Source of the DNA: Chloroflexota bacterium
Lineage (GTDB): Bacteria; Chloroflexota; UBA6077; FW602-bin22; JBCLEL01
Direction: 5' to 3'
Assembly: GCA_963664835.2 (NCBI GenBank)
Contig: CAXXUG010000011.1
Coordinates: 69,434 to 133,433 of the forward strand
DNA length: 64,000 nucleotides
Shown: in pieces, positions 17,233-25,184 of the stretch
How the letters are laid out: each line of letters opens with the position of its first letter
Position numbering within the stretch: the first letter of the stretch is position 1
Translations under genes and position numbers: made by a program
The notes under the pieces: model-generated
The model's database searches: none
The model's input: only the letters and a program-made list of their open reading frames with translations
Told to the model about the DNA's origin: nothing

Positions 17233-19698
17233 ATGACGATGCAGGAGAATTCGCTTTGGTCTCGCTCTTTCGAGTTGGTCTATTACGATCCTTCACCTGA
17301 TTTCCAGGGCCGCACACACTTCCGAGACCCCGAGAACGACGCCCTGACCACCGAGCAGCGAATTGCTTACGTCGAGGCATACACTGATCTGCTGCGCCGG
17401 GAAAACGACCTTGGGGAGCGCTACCTGTCGACTGAGGTGGTGAGCGATGAGGAGTCAGAGCAGCTCGCCTCTCAGATCAAGAACAGGCCGATGTCGAATC
17501 AGCGCAATACCGTCCCCCTCTGCTTCTGGCGCTGGAAGCTGCAGGGCGCCGAGAACGACGAGTGGGTTGCGCCCGACTTCGATGACAGCGTCTGGAACGA
17601 GCTGGAAGTTCCTACCGTCCTCGATATGGGCAGAGCCATGCTTCTGAGATCCAAAGCTCATATCGAACCTTCAGAACGAGTTGTGCTAGATATCGAATCT
17701 ATCCACGACGAGTACGAACTTTGGGTCAATGGCCAGTCAGTAGTTCACCACAAAGGGTATGAGCCGCACTCCGTCGACATCACATCGGTCATACGGGCGG
17801 GCCAGGAGAATACGTTTGCAATCAAGGTTGCCGAGAAGAAAGGCTACCAGATCGGCATCGCCGGCTCGATCCAGTTGGTGGGCACCCGTTCGGCCTACAT
17901 AGACGATGTGTTTGTGAAGCCGGTCGAGGCGATGGAAGATCGGCCGGCCCGAGTGCAGATCATCACGACCGTTCGGAATGCCGGCGGTCAGGCTTTCACT
18001 GGTCGACTGGCGGCCCGTTTCTACCGGTGGTTCCCGGAGGAAGATGCGGCAGTCGCCTATGAGGCGCCGTCAATGGAGGTGGAGGTTGGGCCAGGCCAAT
18101 CGGCGGAGCTAAACCAGGAATGCAACTGGTCCGGTGCGGAGCTGTGGTGGCCGGAGAGCCCTCGCATCTACAGGCTGGAGGCCACGCTGAGCTCAGATGA
18201 TGACGAGCGCATGGACGACTATGCGGATACTGTTGGCATTCGTACTATAGAGCAGCGTGGAGGCCGGTTCTACCTGAACGGCCGGCGATTCGTGATGCGC
18301 GGTTTCTGCGACAACCTCGGATTTGCGCCGGCTCCAGACTCCCACGGCGCGACCTGCCCACCAGACGCCTGGATCGCCAGGGACCTCATCCTGGCGAAGC
18401 GTGCCAACGCCAACACCGTTCGAATACACCCCTGGGGTTTCAGCGGTCAGCCGGGGCAATACGACGACCGGGGCTGGCCAGTCTGGGGCTTGCCTACCGA
18501 TGGCACCAACTACGGCCGCGTAGCCGAGATTGCTGATCAGATTGGTATCTGTCTCGTCTGGGTAACGCGCCATTGGACGCTGTGGGCCGATGGGTTCCGC
18601 GAACACTACAATAGCGACGAGATGGAAACGCTTCTGGCGCCTTCACTGAAGCAGGTGCGAAATCATCCCAGCATCATTTCCTACGAGGGGCTGAATGAGG
18701 TGGGAGTGGGCCTGGGACCACGCGTAATCTTGGGTCGGGAAGGTGCCGAGCCGGAGTGGACTAGCCATTTGCTGCCGGATGAAGTTGAGACGCTGACCGA
18801 ATTCCATGTGCGTCTTTACAGAGATTTCTGTGCCAGTTACATCCGGTTGGTCAACTCGGTTGACGATTCGCGAGTAGTCTGCCCAGACTCCCAATGGGGG
18901 CCTGGTTACCAAGACTTTGCCGAGAGGTCGGACGCGGTCCAATTCGATGACGAGTCCGTGTTTACCATGGCGGAGAACGTCTATTGGGACTTCCACCATT
19001 ACCCTGGCTGGTACACGGACATCAAGGATATGTATGCGCGGAAAGAGCGTTTTTGGCCGGATGACCGGGCCCGAGCGGTCATTTGTGGCGAATATTCGGC
19101 AGAGGCTATGCCCGACTGGAATCGCTACCGAGGGCTGCCCTGGCGAAACACCTGGCTGAACAATGGACGCCCCACCGGTGAAATCGAGCAGGCGCGCCTG
19201 GGTCGGCCGCTGCGCGTGCTGCGGGACTCGGAGGCGCATCTGTCACAGGCCTATCACGGGCTTTGTATCTATCATTCCGCCGTCTACTTGCGCGCCACTG
19301 GTTGCGACGGCATGATCAGCCCCATCTTGGCCGACGGGTTATCCGAGGGCCAGTACCACAAGGGTTTTTTGGACCTGCATCGCCGCGCTAAGTTGGGATA
19401 CTTTGCTGTGACTATGACTTATCAGCCCACCCTAGTAACCGGAATGGACGGCGACTTTGTCTTCTCCCGGGACGACTCTTTGCACCTAGTCCTGGTGAAT
19501 GATGCGCCGCAGCGAGTTAGCAGGCCGGCAACGGTGCTGGTGCAGGCCAAGAAGTTGGACGGTTCGGTTGTAGACTCCAGGGAGGTGAGGGTAACTATCG
19601 ATGATTCAGGCATCATGCCCCTTGGAGAGTTTCAGCCGCAGTTTCCAAGCTCAGGGTTGTACCAAATCGAATACACAGTTGTGGCCGATCCGGATTGA
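17233..19698 (+). CDS. GH2-like glycoside hydrolase, tandem copy 4 (both catalytic Glu present)
   Basis: The start is set at ATG 17233 (GGAGG SD; MTMQENSLWSRSF aligns with the other copies). The ORF is open from 17185. The acid/base motif is ISYEGLNEVG (GAG 18697-18699). ICGEYSAEAM closely resembles LacZ ILCEYAHAMGN. Confidence 0.8.
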   Translation: MTMQENSLWSRSFELVYYDPSPDFQGRTHFRDPENDALTTEQRIAYVEAYTDLLRRENDLGERYLSTEVVSDEESEQLASQIKNRPMSNQRNTVPLCFWRWKLQGAENDEWVAPDFDDSVWNELEVPTVLDMGRAMLLRSKAHIEPSERVVLDIESIHDEYELWVNGQSVVHHKGYEPHSVDITSVIRAGQENTFAIKVAEKKGYQIGIAGSIQLVGTRSAYIDDVFVKPVEAMEDRPARVQIITTVRNAGGQAFTGRLAARFYRWFPEEDAAVAYEAPSMEVEVGPGQSAELNQECNWSGAELWWPESPRIYRLEATLSSDDDERMDDYADTVGIRTIEQRGGRFYLNGRRFVMRGFCDNLGFAPAPDSHGATCPPDAWIARDLILAKRANANTVRIHPWGFSGQPGQYDDRGWPVWGLPTDGTNYGRVAEIADQIGICLVWVTRHWTLWADGFREHYNSDEMETLLAPSLKQVRNHPSIISYEGLNEVGVGLGPRVILGREGAEPEWTSHLLPDEVETLTEFHVRLYRDFCASYIRLVNSVDDSRVVCPDSQWGPGYQDFAERSDAVQFDDESVFTMAENVYWDFHHYPGWYTDIKDMYARKERFWPDDRARAVICGEYSAEAMPDWNRYRGLPWRNTWLNNGRPTGEIEQARLGRPLRVLRDSEAHLSQAYHGLCIYHSAVYLRATGCDGMISPILADGLSEGQYHKGFLDLHRRAKLGYFAVTMTYQPTLVTGMDGDFVFSRDDSLHLVLVNDAPQRVSRPATVLVQAKKLDGSVVDSREVRVTIDDSGIMPLGEFQPQFPSSGLYQIEYTVVADPD

Positions 19699-19727
19699 GC
19701 CGATCCAAATGTAGATGACCTCTCTCG

Positions 19728-21998
19728 TTGGGAAGGAAAAGGCACTTGGCCGAGGACGAGCGGACCAGCGATAATCGTCGGACAGCCGATCACGGTGACC
19801 GGCTCAGCCGTCTCGATGACACTCAGCGAGTGCGCGAACTGGTCCTTGCCGTTGCCTTTCTCGGTCTGCTAGTGGTCCAAAGTGCCCACCAGGCCGAGTA
19901 CGTCATCCGTTTATTGCAGCGCGACGTATTCAACAACCCAACCGCAAACGGACTGCTTGGTCAGTTCTTGGATCTCGAACCCCTTGATCTGGCCTACAAC
20001 CTCGCTTGCTTCTTGCTACTGCTTTTGGTGTACAGGTCAAGTAATGCTCATAATCCTGGGCGATGGACCCGCGGAATGCCAGCCTGGTGGTTGCTCACCT
20101 TGGCGCTCGCGATCGGGGGTTACCACCTTGTTGATCACCTCTTTAAGATCTGGCAATTCATCGACACCCGACGCGAAGGAATGCCCGGCATTCTAGGCGA
20201 CTCCTTGAACCTGACCTGGCTAGACTTCGCACTCAACACAACATCCTATTTGGCGGTTGTGGCGGCCTTTTGGCTGGGTGGCTACTACCGGCATCTGAAG
20301 GCTGACCTGGCAGCACTATGGGCTGAGATTGCCGGCAGCACATCTGTCGGGCGGACTGCTCACGGGTTGCCGACCCTTTCCCGCCGGGGGCTTTTCATAG
20401 GAGCGGTTGGCATTGCGGCGGCGCTAGGGGCGGCCCGAGTCGGCATTCGCGCCTGGCGCCCTCCGATCGAAATGCCAACTTTCGCTGATGCAACCCGGTC
20501 GGCTGGGATCGATTTCAGGCACCGTGAGCACTTTCTCCCGGAGCCAATTCAGGCTGGCGCCGCCTTCTTCGACTATGACGGTGACGGACGTCCTGACATC
20601 TTCCTGACCAACGGCAGCGGACCTAACGCCCTCTATCGCAACAACGGTGATGGCACGTTCGATGACGTAACCGCCAAAGCTGGCCTTGTCGATCCTGATG
20701 AAGTCGCAATCGGTGTAGCCTGCGCAGATTACAACAACAATGGTAACTGCGATCTACTCGTAACTACACTGGAAGGACCTAAGCTCTTCCGCAACAACGG
20801 CGATGGTACATTCACCGATGTCACCAAACCGGCTCGTCTCCATGGGTATCACGGACACCCGACTTCAGTGGCCTGGACCGATTTCGACGGCGACGGCTAT
20901 TTGGATCTCTACGTCGCATATTGGTTCAACTTGTTTCCAAAGCCGATCCACGATCCATCGCTGGCGGCTTTCAGGGATAGTAAGAGACCCGAGCATCGCT
21001 CCCATGTTTTGTTCAGGAACAATGGCGATGGCACTTTCACGGATGTGTCAGAGTACCTTGACCCGCGGCCCAGGCACGGTACTGGCCTTGCCGTCGGATT
21101 CTTCGACTATGATGACGATGGCCGCCCAGATCTATACGTCGTGAATGACTTCGGCCAATATAGGGGGCCTAACACCCTCTATCACAACTCTGGTCCTGTG
21201 GGAGGCGGTTGGGCGTTCACTGACGTCTCTAGGCAGGCCGGCGCTCGTGCTGAAATGGACGGAATGGGTTTGGCGGTCGGGGACTACGATGGAGATGGCC
21301 GGCTGGACATGTACATTACGAACAGGGGCAGCAACTTGCTATATCGCAACCGTGGTGACGGAACTTTCGAGGAATCGACAGGTAGTGCAGGGGTTGGCCG
21401 TGGAGAGGTTGGCGGTGAATACTCAGTCGGTTGGGGCAACGCCTTTTTGGACTTCGACAATGATGGCTTGCTCGACCTCTACTTCGTCGCGGGCAACATC
21501 TATCCTAAAACGAATGTCAACGGAGATTATGGTCCTGACCAGCCAAACGCGCTATTCCACAATCGAGGCGCCGGCAAGTTCCGCGATGTGTCAGCTATCA
21601 CCGGCACTGACCACACTGGAGTAGCCAGGGGATTGGCGGTGGCTGACTATGACGGCGACGGATTCCTGGACCTGCTGGTGGCCAACATCGATCAACCACC
21701 AGTATTGTTGCGAAACTCTGGCAATGATAACCATTGGCTAGCGGTTCAGCTAGTTGGCAAGCGCAGCAACCGTGATGGTGTCGGCGCCCGGCTAGCGTTA
21801 ACCGCCGGCGGACGGCGGCAGGTCCGGGAGATCCATAGCGGCACCAGCTTTCTGTCTCAGCATAGCCTGGTGGCTCACTTTGGCCTCGGTCGACTCGATC
21901 GTGCTGACGAGCTACAGATTCGCTGGCCCAGTGGCGTTGTACAAACGCTTACGAACCTGGTGGTCGATCGCGAGATTACAGTAACAGAAGCAGTCTGA
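19728..21998 (+). CDS. CRTAC1 / ASPIC-UnbV family protein (FG-GAP/VCBS-like repeats) with an N-terminal polytopic membrane region
   Basis: Repeated FRNNGDGTFTDV / DYDGDG motifs. The C-terminal RDGVGARLALTAGGRRQVREIHSGTSFLSQHSLVAHFGLG matches the ASPIC/UnbV domain. The first ~210 aa hold 4-5 hydrophobic segments. An internal TAT-like SRRGLFIGAVGIAAALGAA lies at aa ~218. The true start is uncertain (TTG at 19728). Confidence 0.78.
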   Translation: MGRKRHLAEDERTSDNRRTADHGDRLSRLDDTQRVRELVLAVAFLGLLVVQSAHQAEYVIRLLQRDVFNNPTANGLLGQFLDLEPLDLAYNLACFLLLLLVYRSSNAHNPGRWTRGMPAWWLLTLALAIGGYHLVDHLFKIWQFIDTRREGMPGILGDSLNLTWLDFALNTTSYLAVVAAFWLGGYYRHLKADLAALWAEIAGSTSVGRTAHGLPTLSRRGLFIGAVGIAAALGAARVGIRAWRPPIEMPTFADATRSAGIDFRHREHFLPEPIQAGAAFFDYDGDGRPDIFLTNGSGPNALYRNNGDGTFDDVTAKAGLVDPDEVAIGVACADYNNNGNCDLLVTTLEGPKLFRNNGDGTFTDVTKPARLHGYHGHPTSVAWTDFDGDGYLDLYVAYWFNLFPKPIHDPSLAAFRDSKRPEHRSHVLFRNNGDGTFTDVSEYLDPRPRHGTGLAVGFFDYDDDGRPDLYVVNDFGQYRGPNTLYHNSGPVGGGWAFTDVSRQAGARAEMDGMGLAVGDYDGDGRLDMYITNRGSNLLYRNRGDGTFEESTGSAGVGRGEVGGEYSVGWGNAFLDFDNDGLLDLYFVAGNIYPKTNVNGDYGPDQPNALFHNRGAGKFRDVSAITGTDHTGVARGLAVADYDGDGFLDLLVANIDQPPVLLRNSGNDNHWLAVQLVGKRSNRDGVGARLALTAGGRRQVREIHSGTSFLSQHSLVAHFGLGRLDRADELQIRWPSGVVQTLTNLVVDREITVTEAV

Positions 21999-22101
21999 AC
22001 GGGGGACCGTTGGTGAAATGCGGTCTGACCACTTCACCTTGTGAGGATAGTCGGCCGTGGCGTATGGTTAGACATCGCCGTCCACCGGGGCGTCGCATAT
22101 A

Positions 22102-22410
22102 TTGGAACGACGGACGTGGTCACGCCGGCGGATCAGCTCAACGGGATGGGCAGCCCAATCAACCGATTGGCGCGGTGCTAAGGGAAGTACGCTCAGCATT
22201 GGACTAAAGCTGCCAGAGAGCGGTCCATATGCGCTGTCTCTCCCGTTCACCGAGTCGAGCCACTACGGACTCGGACGCCATGGATGGGCTACTGTTCGCC
22301 CCGGACCCGACGATGACATATCGCTAGAGCTGCTAAAGGAGTGGATTCTAGAGAGCTACAGCACGGTCGCACCCAAGCGTCTGGTGAGGGAATTCGATGC
22401 CGGACCTTGA
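22102..22410 (+). CDS. MmcQ/YjbR family protein, probably N-terminally degraded
   Basis: The C-terminal ~70 aa (LSIGLKLPES...HYGLGRHGWATV...LLKEWILESYSTVAPKRL) fit the YjbR/MmcQ pattern. The N-terminal ~30 aa do not, and no convincing SD is present. Confidence 0.45.
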   Translation: MERRTWSRRRISSTGWAAQSTDWRGAKGSTLSIGLKLPESGPYALSLPFTESSHYGLGRHGWATVRPGPDDDISLELLKEWILESYSTVAPKRLVREFDAGP

Positions 22411-22494
22411 ATCATAGCCGCAGATCCATTGCGAGACTACGAAGGCGCGTGGCAACACTGACCGCATCGAACGGAGGTAGGAGGTAGCAAGACG

Positions 22495-22716
22495 ATGATC
22501 ACGGGCATGCACGGTATATTCTTCACACCTGAGGCGGAGGACGCCCGCAGCTTTGTCCAGGAGAAGCTGGGGTTTTCTCACGTCAACGTGGGAGGCGGAT
22601 GGCTGATCTTCGCCGCACCCAAGGCGGAGTTCGCTTTCAATCTTGGAGACGATACACACCACGAGATTTCTTTGGGGTTACTGGGATTTTCAACCTGTTC
22701 GCATAAGCCATACTAA
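22495..22716 (+). pseudogene. Truncated VOC/glyoxalase-fold gene fragment
   Basis: MITGMHGIFFTPEAEDARSFVQEKLGFSHVNVGGGWLIFAAPKAEFAF..HHEISL resembles the N-terminal half of ~115-aa VOC-family proteins. The expected C-terminal half was not found in any frame. Confidence 0.45.
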
Positions 22717-23083
22717 GGGGTTGAGTGGCTAACCTGGATAGCCGCGATCAGAGGATCGGTATGATGTTTGTCCTGACGATCTTCCTATCGGTGCCCTTAT
22801 TCGCGGTCTTCATGGGCTTATCGGCCTCTATTCTTGGAGGGGATCTTAAGGATTGGCCTGCCGTTCGGGTACCCTGCGCTGGGTTGCCGCCGACCAACTT
22901 GGCGGCGCTATCAGCGTACTGAACGGCACCTTCACCACTCTCTATGGTCCGCGTTACATACCCTACGGCGAGGACCGTGGGGCCGGACTAGACTGAACCC
23001 CGACCGCAAGCTCGCCTGCCAGAGCGAGGGCAAGGCAGCCCGCGTCTACGGGTACGCCTTGGGCAATCTCCCAACAACAGGGG

Positions 23084-23100
23084 CGCTCTGTTGAAGAGCG
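23084..23100. repeat. Left copy of a 17-bp direct repeat flanking the IS (putative target-site duplication)
   Basis: CGCTCTGTTGAAGAGCG is identical at 23084-23100 and 24764-24780. Confidence 0.6.
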
Positions 23101-24763
23101 TGTTTCATAATTCAGGCATGAGAGGAATTGGTAAAATTGAGGGAGGGAAGGTGATTGGAGGATAGGTAGATGCCACATAGACCGATGAGCCGAGAGCAGA
23201 TGTGGATAATGCCGCCGAGTCTTGAGGATTTGCTTCCAGCCGACCATCCAGCTCGATTCGTGGGGGAGTTCGTGGATGCCTTGGAGGAGGAGAACTGGGC
23301 GGAGTTGGGGGTGGACATAGAAGGAGGGCGACTGGGAGCGCCCGGATACCACCCACGAGGGCTGTTGAGCGTGTGGTTGTATGGGTTCATGACGGGGGTG
23401 CGGTCTAGTCGAAAGCTGGAGGCGGCGTGTGGGGAACAGATACCGTATCTGTGGCTGACGGGCTGTCAGCGCCCGGATCACGTGACTTTGTGGAGGTTCT
23501 ACAAGGCACATCGGCAGGGGATGAGAAAGCTGTTCGAACGGACAGTGAGGACAGCGGTGAGGATGAAGCTGGTGAGCTTGGCGGTGCAGGCGGTTGATGG
23601 TACGAGGGTGGGGGCGAACGCAGCGAGAGATAGGACCTACGATGCGGAGGGACTGCGCAGGCTGTTGAAGCGGTTGGAAGAGGCTATAAGGGAACTGGAG
23701 GCTCAGAATGAAGGTGGGGAAGATGCTGAACCGGCGCGGCTACCAAAGGAGTTGGCCCAGAAGAAAGGCCTGAGAGAACGGGTACGTGAGGCGATGGAGG
23801 AATTGGCAGGTGAAGGGGAGACGAAGCGGATCAACCTGACCGATGCAGAGGCTCAGTTCATGAAGACACGTCAGGGGATCATGCCGGCCTTCAACGCTCA
23901 AGCAATGGCCACGCCGGTGGAGTTAGAGGGGAAAGCGAGTGGCATGTTGGTCACAGCGGTTGAAGTGGTGGAAGAGACGAATGACTTCGCCCGATTGATC
24001 CCGATGCTGGAACAGGCCGAGGAAACCACGGATAGGAAAGCAGAAACGACGTTGGCGGATGCCGGTTATCATTCGGGGCGCAACTTGGAGGAATGCGCCA
24101 ATAGAGGTCAGGAGGTGGTGATGCCGGAGTCGCAGCACAAGGCGCTGAAGAGTCCGTATCACAAGGATCGATTCACATACGACGAGGATAGCGACAGCTA
24201 TATCTGTCCTCTAGGACAGAGACTTCGCTTCAGCACAATGAAGAAAACTCGTGGTGTACCGATGCGCCTGTATCGTGGCTCAGCGGCCTTGTGCCGTAAA
24301 TGTCCGGCCTTCGGGGTCTGTACCAAAGACCGGCGACATGGCCGTGCACTAGAGATAGGGCCACATGACCAAGTGCTGCGCAGTCATCGGGACTGGATGT
24401 GCACAGACGAAGCCCAGAAGAAATATAAGCAGAGAAAACAACTGGTGGAACCGGTATTCGGGATCATCAAAGAGCAGCAGGCGGGGCGAAGATTCCTGCT
24501 CCGCAGTAGGGCCAAGGTGGCAGCAGAGTGGACGATGTTGGCGACGGCCTTCAACCTGCGCACCCTCTGGCGGGCATGGCGATCTCGGACAGGCCCTCGA
24601 TGGCGCGTGGGTTGTGCAAATGGCGAAGTTTCGACCTATAGGTCGATCCTGGCGGGCATAATTGGTTCAGTTCTAAAGCTCTTGCCACTGCTCAGGACCG
24701 ATCTTCAGTCACTTTCACCCGGTGTACTTGCGTCGCGTCCACCACAATCCAATATCTGAAACA
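23101..24763 (+). mobile_element. IS1182-family insertion sequence (about 1.66 kb)
   Basis: A single transposase ORF fills the element. The termini are TGTTTCA...TGAAACA (7-bp perfect inverted repeat, about 11/16 when extended). It is flanked by the 17-bp direct repeat. The outer flanks rebuild a 15-bp-stem palindrome. Confidence 0.7.
23170..24759 (+). CDS. IS1182-family DDE transposase
   Basis: 529 aa. The N-terminal PPSLEDLLPADHPARFVGEFVDAL is an InsH-N-like domain. The C-terminal VEPVFGIIKEQQAGRRFLLRSRAKVAAEWTMLATAFNLRTL is typical of IS1182-family transposases. Confidence 0.9.
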   Translation: MPHRPMSREQMWIMPPSLEDLLPADHPARFVGEFVDALEEENWAELGVDIEGGRLGAPGYHPRGLLSVWLYGFMTGVRSSRKLEAACGEQIPYLWLTGCQRPDHVTLWRFYKAHRQGMRKLFERTVRTAVRMKLVSLAVQAVDGTRVGANAARDRTYDAEGLRRLLKRLEEAIRELEAQNEGGEDAEPARLPKELAQKKGLRERVREAMEELAGEGETKRINLTDAEAQFMKTRQGIMPAFNAQAMATPVELEGKASGMLVTAVEVVEETNDFARLIPMLEQAEETTDRKAETTLADAGYHSGRNLEECANRGQEVVMPESQHKALKSPYHKDRFTYDEDSDSYICPLGQRLRFSTMKKTRGVPMRLYRGSAALCRKCPAFGVCTKDRRHGRALEIGPHDQVLRSHRDWMCTDEAQKKYKQRKQLVEPVFGIIKEQQAGRRFLLRSRAKVAAEWTMLATAFNLRTLWRAWRSRTGPRWRVGCANGEVSTYRSILAGIIGSVLKLLPLLRTDLQSLSPGVLASRPPQSNI

Positions 24764-24780
24764 CGCTCTGTTGAAGAGCG
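24764..24780. repeat. Right copy of the 17-bp direct repeat flanking the IS
   Basis: Identical to 23084-23100. Confidence 0.6.
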
Positions 24781-24871
24781 CCCCTGTTGCAACGTCGCCG
24801 CGATCCCTCAAGCTTCTGGCGGTGTTGGATTGGGTTGGTTGCGTGCGCCGGAAGTGGGCATGCTCTAGGGC

Positions 24872-25078
24872 TCAGGCGGCGATGGACGGGTAGTCGATCT
24901 TGCCCTGCTGAGTCTGCTTCAGCATCAGGGCCTGCTCGACCCTCTGGCGAAGCTCCCACAGCCGGCGTGATTCGCGCCGGTCGTGCCGCAACAATGCAGT
25001 CTTATAGCGTTCTATCAGCTCGTCGCGGTGAGTCTTTAGCCGTGTTATTTCGTTCTTGTAGGCGGTGTAGTTCCTCAT
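24872..25078 (-). CDS. Small (68 aa) highly charged, probably coiled-coil protein of unknown function
   Basis: A GGAGAAGG SD lies 5-6 nt upstream of the ATG. A sigma70-like promoter is predicted upstream. The sequence is lysine/arginine/glutamate-rich with a heptad-like pattern. No family was recognised. Confidence 0.5.
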   Translation of the reverse strand: MRNYTAYKNEITRLKTHRDELIERYKTALLRHDRRESRRLWELRQRVEQALMLKQTQQGKIDYPSIAA

Positions 25079-25131
25079 CTTTTCCTTCTCCTGGCCCCCG
25101 ACCTTCTAAGTTAAAGTCCCAACTTGTACTT

Positions 25132-25160
25132 AGTCTAGACCATCAATTATTGCGTGTCAA
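25132..25160 (-). promoter_or_regulatory. Predicted sigma70-type promoter for the 68-aa ORF
   Basis: On the minus strand: TTGACA (25160-25155), a 17-nt spacer, then TAGACT (25137-25132). Confidence 0.3.
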
Positions 25161-25184
25161 GTACTAATTTGAACTTTTTTGAAG

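Noticed and set aside
23075-23107. A 33-bp near-perfect inverted repeat (partner at 24757-24789), considered as the IS terminal inverted repeats.
   Set aside because: The central 5 nt (GTTGA) have the same orientation at both ends, so the middle 17 bp form a direct repeat. I prefer the reading of target duplication within a host palindrome. The alternative is kept open in the finding.
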